Shown: piece by piece, positions 24,277 through 32,873 of the stretch
Layout: the number at the start of each line of letters is the position of its first letter
How positions within the stretch are numbered: the stretch's first letter is position 1
NCBI GenBank assembly: GCA_050250665.1
Contig: JBFWOF010000019.1
Location: forward strand, 10,455 to 74,454
Length of the DNA: 64,000 bases
Source of the DNA: Lysobacterales bacterium
GTDB lineage: Bacteria > Pseudomonadota > Gammaproteobacteria > Xanthomonadales > SZUA-5
Reading direction: 5' to 3'
Made by a program: the position numbers and the translations under genes
The notes under the pieces: generated by a model
The model's database searches: none
What the model was told of the DNA's origin: nothing
The model's input: only the letters and a program-made list of their open reading frames with translations

Positions 24277-26460
24277 TTATCCCGCAATCGGACGCCGGCG
24301 ACGCCACAGATACCAACCCAGCCCCAGCAGCAATACCAGGGGCACGCCGATGGCGGCGATCCGCGCGCCCTGTCGCATCCAGATCTCGCGCTGCTCGCGT
24401 TCAACCTTGTCGAAATCGGGGACCGGGCACTGGCGACCGAAGTCTTCGCCCCAGGGTACGTACGCACCCTCGCGCAGATAGCGCTTGTAGATCTGCGTGG
24501 CCTGCTCGTTGTGGCGGTCGATCAACCAGTGCGTGGCCTCGCACAGCACGGCGGCAAAGGCCTGGGAACGGGGCGGCAGCACGTCGGCGGCCTTGCCGGC
24601 CAGTCCCGCGGCCGTCAGCCGGTAGTGAAAGCGCTCCAGCGGCTGCGCCCGACTGGCGGCCAGACGCTGACGCTCACCCTCGCTGGTGTAGGGTCCTTCG
24701 AGCTTGATATCGCTGCGCGTATTGAAGACCGGGTTGTAGTCCTCGTCCCAGGTGATCGGGCTGTTCAGATCGAAGTTGCCGCCCCAGACGAAATAGTCGG
24801 GATCGCCCTCGTAGCCCAGCAGTTCCATGCCATACCAGCGCGCAATTTCGGCGGCATCAAACCAGGCGCGGGCCTGACTCACCCGGGTCCAGGCCGAGCT
24901 GCGCCCCAAGGCATCCAGATAGCGCTGCGCCTGACCCCGCGTGACCGGATCGTCGAAATAGCCCAAGGCTGCCTCGCCGCGACCCTCGCGCAGCAGGCGC
25001 CGGGCCAGCAACCAGCGCAGCTGCGCAGCTGGCGACTGCGAGGAGCCGTAGCTGTAGTCCTCATCCTCGCTGGCCTCACCCGGCGTGGCTGCGGCCGGCG
25101 GCTCGGCCTGTGGCGCCACCCGGTCGACAAAGCTGCGCAGCTCGTCGACCGTGACCACGCGCTCGGCGATGTAGGCGGTATCGGGCCAGTAGGTGTCGGC
25201 CGCGGCGTACAGCAGTTCCAGCGCCTGCAGATAGTCACCCCGAGAGAGGGCCAGCGTGCCGGCCTCGGCCTGCACCCGGCAACGCGGCTTCAGCTCCTCG
25301 CTCAGGTATTCCTCACGCGACAGCGGCACCTGGCCCCAGATTTCATCGGCCGGAAATCCCTTGGCCGCCTGCGCATAAGCCTGCGCGGCCGCGTCCAGCT
25401 GACCGGCGCGCAAGGCCAGCTTGGCGCGCACCCAGGCCGCCAGCGGCGTGTCCGAACGCGGCGCCAGCGCGGCCGCCTGCTCGAAGCGACCGGCACGATA
25501 GGCGATGGCAGCCAGCCGGTCCGGGTTGGGCACCTGGGCCAGACTGGAAATGCGGTCCAGCAACGCCAGCAGGCGCGGACCGTCGGCGGGCGCGTCGAAA
25601 CTCGGGTATTCCTCGTCCGGATCGGCGTCGGTCAATTCGTTGTAGCGGGTGTAGAGATAGGCCAGCAGCAATCGGGTGCCGACCTCGTCCGCCAGCAGCG
25701 CATCCACCGCCGCCGAATCGGCGATGGCGGTGCGGACCACGAACAGCAGCGAATTGTTGCCCGAGGTCGAACCATAGGCAGCCTGCTCGGCGTACAGCCG
25801 CACGGCTGCAGCCAGATGCCCGGCCTCCAGTTCGATGCGCGCCTGCTCACCCAGACTGGCCACCGCCAGACCGTCTGGATCGGCGGCACCGTTCTGCACC
25901 CAGGTCCGGGTCTGCTCAAAAGCAGCGATGGCCTGCGCCGGCTCGCCATTCAGGGCCAGCGCTCGTCCGAGCATGTAGCTGGCCCACACGCCGCGCAGCC
26001 TGCGTTGCTCGGCCGGCAGCTGCAGCACCTGCTCGAACAGGGCGCGGGCGCGCCCGACATCGCCCTGTTGCCAGGCCACGGCGCCGGCGGTGTAGGCCGA
26101 CAGATCGGGCGGCAGCTCGGCACCCAGCGCCAGTGCGGCATCAGCGGAAGCACTCAGGCGCATCGCGGCCACGGCCTCGATCTGGGCGTCGCTCAGCCCG
26201 GTTTTCTCGGCGCTGAGCCTCGCTTCTTCGGGGTCTGACCAGGGGCCGGATTCGACCACCTTGAAAGCGGCCGTGCCGGGCTCAAGCAGATGCCGGGCCT
26301 CGAAGCTGAAAGTGCCTTCGGGCAGCGCGGCCATGACCAGTCCGCGATGATCGAGCAGGGTCATCGGAAAATCCGGTCCGCAGGCCTGTGCAGGACTGAG
26401 CATCTGCAACGACAGGGCCAGCGTCAGCGTGCGCAACAGCGGTGTCCGTGGCTTGGTCAT
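24277..26460 (-). CDS. uncharacterised exported helical-repeat (TPR-like) protein with C-terminal membrane anchor
   Basis: 727 aa. Signal peptide MTKPRTPLLRTLTLALSLQMLSPAQA|CGPDF. Long Ala/Leu-rich helical-pair repeats. C-terminal TM IAAIGVPLVLLLGLGWYLW followed by RRRRP. Start overlaps the upstream gene stop by 4 nt. The opposite-strand 575-aa ORF is a shadow. Confidence 0.8.
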   Translation of the reverse strand: MTKPRTPLLRTLTLALSLQMLSPAQACGPDFPMTLLDHRGLVMAALPEGTFSFEARHLLEPGTAAFKVVESGPWSDPEEARLSAEKTGLSDAQIEAVAAMRLSASADAALALGAELPPDLSAYTAGAVAWQQGDVGRARALFEQVLQLPAEQRRLRGVWASYMLGRALALNGEPAQAIAAFEQTRTWVQNGAADPDGLAVASLGEQARIELEAGHLAAAVRLYAEQAAYGSTSGNNSLLFVVRTAIADSAAVDALLADEVGTRLLLAYLYTRYNELTDADPDEEYPSFDAPADGPRLLALLDRISSLAQVPNPDRLAAIAYRAGRFEQAAALAPRSDTPLAAWVRAKLALRAGQLDAAAQAYAQAAKGFPADEIWGQVPLSREEYLSEELKPRCRVQAEAGTLALSRGDYLQALELLYAAADTYWPDTAYIAERVVTVDELRSFVDRVAPQAEPPAAATPGEASEDEDYSYGSSQSPAAQLRWLLARRLLREGRGEAALGYFDDPVTRGQAQRYLDALGRSSAWTRVSQARAWFDAAEIARWYGMELLGYEGDPDYFVWGGNFDLNSPITWDEDYNPVFNTRSDIKLEGPYTSEGERQRLAASRAQPLERFHYRLTAAGLAGKAADVLPPRSQAFAAVLCEATHWLIDRHNEQATQIYKRYLREGAYVPWGEDFGRQCPVPDFDKVEREQREIWMRQGARIAAIGVPLVLLLGLGWYLWRRRRPIAG

Positions 26461-27638
26461 GGCAGGTCCCAGGTCGGCGTCAGAGCAGAGTTGCAGCGGG
26501 TCCAGCCGACCACCGTGCCGTGGCCGGATCGCAACCAGGCATCAGCCGCCGGCTGGAACCGCAGATGGTCGCCATCATCGCCCAATCGATAGCCTCCCAG
26601 CGCATCGGCGTAGCGACAATCGCTGGGCAGATCGATGATGGGTGCGGGGCCATCCCAGGGACCCGGATTCACGACGCGCAGATCGAAACTGCCTTCGGGC
26701 GTGGCCGTGGCCTGGACCTGGTAGCGCGCGCTACCCGACTCGCCGGCGACGACGGCGGCCAGCGTCGCCGCGCTCCAGGCCCGACGGTCGCCGGGCAGCG
26801 GCAGCCGGAACCAGATCAGCCCTTGCAGTTCGGGAATGGCCTCGGCAGCGATCAGCTTGAGATAGCGCCGCAGTTCCTGCGGATCGGCACGTAGCTCGCG
26901 GCCGCTGGCGCCGCTGGAATCGACATCGGTTTCGGCATCGACGCTGCGGACCTGACCATCAGGCGTGCTGGCCACGCGCACGCCGTAGGCGGGCAGCGCG
27001 ACGGCGAAGCGGCGGCCATGACCGGCGTAGGCGCGGGTCCAGGCTCGCGCAGTATCGGCGGCGAACAATGGGCGATCGGGACCTTCGACAGCGTGCACCT
27101 GGAGCACGCTGGCATCCACTGCGGCCAGCACGCGGGCAAGATCCGGACTGTCCATCCAGGTCGGCAGTACCGTGATCGACAGCTCCAGTCCGGCCGGCAG
27201 CAAAGCCCGCAGCTGTTGCAGCCAGGCCGCGTAATCGGCCAGCGCCGCGGTCGCGCAATCGTGATCGATCTCGATGCCGAGCGGCACCAGCCCAGCCGCC
27301 CTCCAGCGCTCAATGGCCGGCAGCAAATGCGCCGCCAGTTGCGCCGCCGGCAGAGGCTCGCGCGCACCTTCGATGCGCACCACCCAGCGCAGCGGCTTGG
27401 CCGAAGCCACCAGCGCCGCCGGATCCGGCTCGATGTCGATCAGCCGCTCGCCGACTACCTGCAGCAGCAACACCCGCCAGCCGGCGAAGCCGGCACCCTG
27501 ATGCTCGATGGCGTCTGCCAGCTCCGGGGTCCACAGTCGCTGCCAGATGTAGGCCTCGTGCGGCAGCGGCGGCGCCGGTGCGCGAGTGCAGGCGCCGAAC
27601 AGCAGCGCGAGCAGCAGCGCGCCGATGGCGCGCCGGCT
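26457..27638 (-). CDS. DUF3142-family lipoprotein (start codon unresolved)
   Basis: Lipobox region SRRAIGALLLALLFGAC, then the YIWQRLW motif typical of DUF3142. There is no in-frame ATG, GTG or TTG between the lipobox and the repeat element at 27650-27925. The frame stays open to an ATG at 27932 that overlaps the gspE stop. Confidence 0.7.
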   Translation of the reverse strand, partial: SRRAIGALLLALLFGACTRAPAPPLPHEAYIWQRLWTPELADAIEHQGAGFAGWRVLLLQVVGERLIDIEPDPAALVASAKPLRWVVRIEGAREPLPAAQLAAHLLPAIERWRAAGLVPLGIEIDHDCATAALADYAAWLQQLRALLPAGLELSITVLPTWMDSPDLARVLAAVDASVLQVHAVEGPDRPLFAADTARAWTRAYAGHGRRFAVALPAYGVRVASTPDGQVRSVDAETDVDSSGASGRELRADPQELRRYLKLIAAEAIPELQGLIWFRLPLPGDRRAWSAATLAAVVAGESGSARYQVQATATPEGSFDLRVVNPGPWDGPAPIIDLPSDCRYADALGGYRLGDDGDHLRFQPAADAWLRSGHGTVVGWTRCNSALTPTWDLP

Positions 27639-27649
27639 GCCGGTGAAGC

Positions 27650-27925
27650 GGTTGCCGGTGGCCCGGTTGTTGGTTGTCGGTTGTCGGTTGTCGGTAGAAG
27701 CGGGCTCACGCGGAGGCGCGGAGAAAAGCGGGCGCAGGCTGTTGTGGGTCCGGACTTGTCCGGACGCTTCTGTCTCAACGAGACCCTCATGCCAAGAGCG
27801 TCCAGACAAGTCTGGACCTACCAGAGCCAGAGCTTCTGACTCTGCCGAAAACCGACAACCGACAACCAACAACCGGGCCAACGGCAACCGCTCTACCGGC
27901 AACCGACAACTGACAACCAAGAACC
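27650..27925. repeat. composite element bounded by inverted heptamer arrays, carrying an F motif and a D REPIN
   Basis: Left arm GGTTGCCGGTGGCCCGGTTGTTGGTTGTCGGTTGTCGGTTGTCGG (27650-27695). GGGCTCACGCGGAGGCGCGGAGAA. D REPIN at 27744-27821. Right arm AACCGACAACCGACAACCAACAACC...CAACCGACAACTGACAACCAAGAACC (27850-27925). Confidence 0.85.
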
Positions 27926-27931
27926 AGCCCA

Positions 27932-29437
27932 TCAGTCCTCGCGGGTCACCTTGAGCACTTCCTCGACCGAGGTGATGCCGGCGATGCATTTGCGCCAGCC
28001 GTCTTCGAGGATGCCGGGGCTGCTGCGTCGGGCGATGCGTTCCAGTTCCTGTTCGCCGGCCTTGTCGTGGATGGCGGTGCGCAGCGCCTCGTCGATGGCC
28101 ACCAGCTCATAAACGCCGGTGCGACCCTTGTAGCCGGTGGATTTCTGGAACAGATCGCGGCCCGGACGCCACAGCATCTGGCCGCGCGCCTGCGGATGGC
28201 CGAGCGCGGCCAGTTCGGCCGGCGTGGCCGGATATTCCTCGCGCACGACGGGATCGAGTGTGCGCACCAGGCGTTGAGCGAGCACGCCGATCAGACTGGA
28301 GGACAGCAGAAAGGGCTCGATGCCCATGTCGCGCAATCGCGTGACCGCACCGACCGCAGTGTTGGTATGTAAGGTGGACAGCACCAGATGGCCGGTGAGC
28401 GAGGACTGCACCGCGATTTCGGCGGTTTCCAGATCGCGGATTTCGCCGACCATGACCACATCCGGATCCTGACGCAGGATCGCCCGCAGGCCGCGGGCGA
28501 AGGTCATGTCGACCTTGGTGTTGACCTGCATCTGGCCGATGCCGTCGATGTAGTACTCGATCGGATCCTCGACCGTCATGATGTTGCGGCTCTTGTCGTT
28601 GAGCTGCATCAGCGCGGCGTAGAGCGTGGTGGTCTTGCCCGAGCCGGTGGGGCCGGTGACCAGCAGAATGCCGTGCGGGCGGTGGATCAGCTCATCCAGG
28701 CGGCCGCGGGTGGCTTCGTCCATGCCGAGTTCGGTGAGATTGAGGCGGCCGGCCTGCTTGTCGAGCAGACGCAGCACCACACGCTCGCCGAAACTGGCGG
28801 GAATGGTCGATACGCGCACGTCCACCGGTCTGCCGGCAATGCGCAGGCCGATACGACCGTCCTGTGGCAATCGCTTCTCGGCGATGTCGAGCTTGGCCAT
28901 GACCTTGATGCGACTGACCACTGGCGAGGCGATCGATTTCTGCGGACTCAGCACCTCGCGCAGCACGCCATCGACGCGGAAACGCACGACCAGGCGGTTC
29001 TCGTAGGGCTCGATATGGATATCCGAGGCGTTCTCGCGCACCGCTTCGGCCAGCAACGCATTGATCAGACGGATGATCGGCGCGTCGTCCTCGCTCTCCA
29101 TCAGATCGGTGGGCTCGGGCAACTCGTCGGCGAGCTGCTTCAGATCGAGGCGCTGGTCGATATCGGCCGCCATGCTGCGCGAATCCTCGCCGCCGCCCTC
29201 GTACAGCTCCTGCAGCAACGCCTCGAAGCGCTCCGGAGCCACCTTCTCCGGCGCCAGCGGCGTGCCCAGGAAGCGCCTCAGCTCCAGCATGGCTTCGGGC
29301 TTGACGTCAGGTCGGCAGGCCACCCGGGCCTTGCCGTTGGCCAGTCCCAATACGGCAACACCGTGTTTGCGCGCGAAACCAAAGGGCAGTCGGGGAAGTG
29401 CGGTCATTGCCTGCAGACGGGTGATCCAGCCGTGCAT
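27932..29437 (-). CDS. gspE: type II secretion system ATPase GspE
   Basis: N1E-type N-terminus LPFGFARKHGV. Walker A GPTGSGKTT. Asp box and Walker B DPDVVMVGEIRD. His box LTGHLVLSTLHTN. The alternative ATG is at 29407. The tetracysteine motif is absent (see findings). Confidence 0.93.
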   Translation of the reverse strand: MHGWITRLQAMTALPRLPFGFARKHGVAVLGLANGKARVACRPDVKPEAMLELRRFLGTPLAPEKVAPERFEALLQELYEGGGEDSRSMAADIDQRLDLKQLADELPEPTDLMESEDDAPIIRLINALLAEAVRENASDIHIEPYENRLVVRFRVDGVLREVLSPQKSIASPVVSRIKVMAKLDIAEKRLPQDGRIGLRIAGRPVDVRVSTIPASFGERVVLRLLDKQAGRLNLTELGMDEATRGRLDELIHRPHGILLVTGPTGSGKTTTLYAALMQLNDKSRNIMTVEDPIEYYIDGIGQMQVNTKVDMTFARGLRAILRQDPDVVMVGEIRDLETAEIAVQSSLTGHLVLSTLHTNTAVGAVTRLRDMGIEPFLLSSSLIGVLAQRLVRTLDPVVREEYPATPAELAALGHPQARGQMLWRPGRDLFQKSTGYKGRTGVYELVAIDEALRTAIHDKAGEQELERIARRSSPGILEDGWRKCIAGITSVEEVLKVTRED

Positions 29438-29575
29438 TCTCCACTATCGGGCGCGTCGACGCGAAGACCCAAGCTTGGTGTGCCGCGCTGCGATGGATGG
29501 CGGCTGACGGCGATCATGTTGCAGTCGCGGAACTGGCGTTAAGCTGGGAATGTCGCAGACGGAAGGGAGAAGGCC

Positions 29576-30010
29576 ATGAACAGCCCCATTCTTGTTGGTT
29601 TCGACGGCAGCGACGGTGCCGAGCGCGCGCTGGCCTTTGCCGTGGCCCAGGCCCGTAGCGGTAATTGCGCCCTGCGACTGGTGGCCGTGGTCGAATGGCA
29701 GTTCTTCGGCGTGCAGAACCCGATGGAACTGGCCGCCGTGGAGGAAAGCGTCGGCGCCGATATCGAACGCTATCGCAGCGAAGTGCTGGGCCCGCGCTGC
29801 AGCGCACTGCGCGACGAAGGCATCGAAGCCAGCTTCGAGGTCGCGACCGGCGCCGTGGTACCGGCGCTGGAGAAGGCCGCCGAAGCCTGCGGTGCCGGGC
29901 AGATCATCGTCGGCCGCCGCGGCCGCTCGCGCCTGAGCAAGCTGCTGCTCGGCAGCGTCTCCAGTGCCCTGGTGCAATCGGCGGCGGTACCGGTGACGGT
30001 GGTGCCCTGA
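29576..30010 (+). CDS. universal stress protein (UspA family)
   Basis: 144 aa. ILVGFDGSDGAERAL, IIVGRRGRSRLSKLLLGSVSSALV. GGGAGAAGG Shine-Dalgarno. Confidence 0.88.
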   Translation: MNSPILVGFDGSDGAERALAFAVAQARSGNCALRLVAVVEWQFFGVQNPMELAAVEESVGADIERYRSEVLGPRCSALRDEGIEASFEVATGAVVPALEKAAEACGAGQIIVGRRGRSRLSKLLLGSVSSALVQSAAVPVTVVP

Positions 30011-30099
30011 AGCCAGCCAGGCAGATCTGCCCCACGGGCGATCGGGTGCGCGGAATTAGCTCACACGCAGCGCGCGGAGATCGCCAGCACGGGATTTGT

Positions 30100-30765
30100 C
30101 TGCGACCAGTCGCGCCGGGAATCCGTGAGGGGGACCCTGAAAAGAGCGGGACGCGAAGGACGCGAAGGAAAAACAGCAAGAAGAGCACGGAAAGGCTGAT
30201 TTGCTGTCCTGAAGCTTGATCTGAGACTACCGCCGTGGCGGTTCAAGGTGGCGTTGGCGCGCACCTTTCTGCCGTTGTCGGCGAGCTGACTCGGTGCCGT
30301 CTCTGGATCGACTTTTCTTCGTGTCCTTTCTGCTCTTCCTTCGCGTCCTTCGCGTCCCGCTTCTGAATGGTTGCCAGCCAGTCGTACGCCGGGTCCTTCG
30401 CGTCGATACGATCTGATCGAGCCAGAATCCACACACGCGAGGCGCCCGGCGCCTTGCGGTCTACAGAGCCGCGGCCGCCGGCGCGATTACTCCCTGGCGC
30501 TCACCCAGGCCCACGCGCGCCGGAGCCGCGCTACGGCCGCAGGACCTACTCAGCATCTGGAAAATCAGCAGCTTGCGATTGTGGTCCATGGACTGAGAAG
30601 GGTCCTACTCCGCGTTCTCCGCGCCTCCGCGTGAAGCCGGCGGTGTCGCCGTTCCGACAGATCGGTCGCGGGCGGAGCGGGACCTGGCGTCACGTAGGCC
30701 CTGCGGGCCAACGTGACCTACTTGAAACTGCCATCGCGGACGGAGTCCGCGCCCACAGAGGCTCA
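30100..30765. repeat. ~670-bp non-coding repeat island (F-type inverted pair, ~150-bp G element, J and I REPs)
   Basis: An inverted pair flanks about 115 bp: CGGGACGCGAAGGACGCGAAGGAAAAACAGCAAGAAGAGCACGGAAAGG (about 30138-30186) and CCTTTCTGCTCTTCCTTCGCGTCCTTCGCGTCCCG (about 30325-30359). The G element at 30390-30545 matches 53268-53425. GTCACGTAGGCCCTGCGGGCCAACGTGACCTAC at 30688-30722. CCATCGCGGACGGAGTCCGCGCCCACAG at 30731-30758. Confidence 0.8.
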
Positions 30766-30770
30766 GACGC

Positions 30771-32873
30771 TCAGCGGCTCGGCGGTGGCGGCTCGGCGGC
30801 GGGCATGCCCTTCTTGAGGAAATCCTCGTACTGGGGCAATACCGGAATCTGGTCCTTGCGGATCAGGCCGTCGCTGTCTTCGCGCGAGCGCAGCTGCTCG
30901 GAGCGGATGTAGTTGTATTTCTCGCTGCTGATCGAGGCTTCCATGATGCCGTCGCGGGCAATCGTGGGCTTGAGGAAGACCAGCAGATTGCGGCGCTCCT
31001 TGGTGGTGCTGCGGCTCTTGAACAGATTGCCGAGCAGCGGAATGTCGCCGAGGCCAGGCACCTTCTGCACCGACTCGCGCAGCTCCTCGCTGGTCAGACC
31101 ACCGAGCACCAGCAGACCGCCATCGGGTACCAGCACGCGGGTGCTGAGCTTGCGGTTGTTGGTGATCAGATCGACCGCGCCGGCGGTGTTCGGCGCCAGG
31201 CTGGAGGCTTCGAGGTCAATGTCGATGATGACCGAATCGCCCTCGTTGATATGCGGGGTCACGCGCAGCTTCAGACCCACTTCCTTGCGGTCGATGGTCT
31301 GGAAGGGATTGACCACGCCGCTCTGGTTGCCGCCGCTGGAGGTGTTGGCGCCGGTGGAGGCGTACTGGCCGGTGAGGAAGGGCACTTCCTGGCCCACGCT
31401 CAGAATCGCTTCCTGATGGTCCAGCGTGATCGTCGAGGGCGTGGACAGGATATTGGTGTTGGTGTTACCGGTCAGGGCCTTGGCCAACGCGCCGATGCGC
31501 ACAAACTCGTTGTCGGTGCCGGGCAAGGTGGCAGTGCCGACGATGTAGCCGATGTTGAGGCCACTGGAAGCACCCAGCAGACGCGGATCCTGACTGACGC
31601 CGAAGATGCCGCCGGTGCCGCTGCTACCCTGGAAATTGGTACCACCGATGAAACCGCGATCGGTGAAATCGTCGGTGGTGGCCTGCCACTGGATGCCCAG
31701 CTCGCGGGCGGTCTGGTCGTTGACTTCGGCGACGATGGCCTCGATCAGCACCTGCGCGCGGCGGATGTCGAGCTGGCGGATGACATTGCGCAGCTCGCGG
31801 GTCACCGCCGGCGGCGCCGTGATGATCAGCGCATTGGTGTCCTTGTGGGCGCGAATGAAACTGGTGCTTTCGCCTTCCTTGCCGGGCGTGGCCTGCTGCC
31901 CGAGCATGCTCGACAGCGAGGCCTCCAGGATCGGCACCATTTCGGCGGCATCGGCGTAGCGCAGGTACACCACCTGGGTGGAATCGCCCTCGCCCAGCGG
32001 CGTGTCCAGATTGGCCACCAGCGCCTTGAGGCGCAGGCGCCGACCCTTGTCGCCGGCAATCAGGACCGAATTGGTGCGTTCATCGGCGGCGATCTTGTTG
32101 CCGGCCGCGTCATTGGCTGGCTGCAGCAGCGTCAGCGTGCGCACGATTTCCGAGGCATTGGCGTGACTCAGCGGGACCACGTCGATCTCGCTCTCGCTGG
32201 CCTGATCCAGACGCCGGATGATGTTCTCGATGCGCGCCACATTGCCGGCACGGTCGGTGATGATCAGGCTCGATGAGCCCGGATGCGGAATCAGATTGGC
32301 ACCCTGCGGCAGCAATGGCCGCAGTGCCTGGGCCATGTCGGCCGGGGTCACATGCTTGACGGTGATGACCCGGGTGACCAGCGCGTCGCTGTTGCCGGCG
32401 TCGATGCCGCCATCCTGGCCGGCCACCTGCTCGGGCACGATCTTGATGATCTTGCCGGCCTGCACCGCGGCGAAGCCGTTGACGCGCAGCACCGACAGGA
32501 ACACCTCGTACAACTCGTCCTCACCCATCGGCGACTGCGAGATCACCGTGACCTTGCCGGTCACCCGCGGATCGACCACGAAGTTCTTGCCGGTGGCTTC
32601 CGAGACCAGGCCGATGAAGCTGTTGATGTCGGCGTCCTTCAGGTTCAGCACCTGGGTGCCCGGCTGCGCCGGCGCCGGTTCGCCGGCGTCGTAGGCGGGG
32701 GACTGGGCATAGATGGGGGCCGTCGCGAAGACCGCAGCAGCCGCCAGAATTCGAGTAAAACGTAAAACGTCAAACGTCAATTGGGCGGCTCCAGACATCG
32801 CGCTGCGCAGTGGTCCCGAGGATTCACGAGCGCGGCGTGGCGCGCAAGAAGTCGGAAGATTCTGAGCATCCAT
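30771..32873 (-). CDS. gspD: type II secretion system secretin GspD
   Basis: N0 domain LNLKDADINSFIGLVSEATGKNFVVDPRV. Repeated N domains. Secretin core VPGLGDIPLLGNLFK. Start is ambiguous among three ATGs. ATG 32873 has an AGGGAG Shine-Dalgarno. ATG 32798 (MSGAAQ) lies directly before the signal peptide. ATG 32990 forms an ATGA overlap with the gspC stop. Confidence 0.93.
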   Translation of the reverse strand: MDAQNLPTSCAPRRARESSGPLRSAMSGAAQLTFDVLRFTRILAAAAVFATAPIYAQSPAYDAGEPAPAQPGTQVLNLKDADINSFIGLVSEATGKNFVVDPRVTGKVTVISQSPMGEDELYEVFLSVLRVNGFAAVQAGKIIKIVPEQVAGQDGGIDAGNSDALVTRVITVKHVTPADMAQALRPLLPQGANLIPHPGSSSLIITDRAGNVARIENIIRRLDQASESEIDVVPLSHANASEIVRTLTLLQPANDAAGNKIAADERTNSVLIAGDKGRRLRLKALVANLDTPLGEGDSTQVVYLRYADAAEMVPILEASLSSMLGQQATPGKEGESTSFIRAHKDTNALIITAPPAVTRELRNVIRQLDIRRAQVLIEAIVAEVNDQTARELGIQWQATTDDFTDRGFIGGTNFQGSSGTGGIFGVSQDPRLLGASSGLNIGYIVGTATLPGTDNEFVRIGALAKALTGNTNTNILSTPSTITLDHQEAILSVGQEVPFLTGQYASTGANTSSGGNQSGVVNPFQTIDRKEVGLKLRVTPHINEGDSVIIDIDLEASSLAPNTAGAVDLITNNRKLSTRVLVPDGGLLVLGGLTSEELRESVQKVPGLGDIPLLGNLFKSRSTTKERRNLLVFLKPTIARDGIMEASISSEKYNYIRSEQLRSREDSDGLIRKDQIPVLPQYEDFLKKGMPAAEPPPPSR

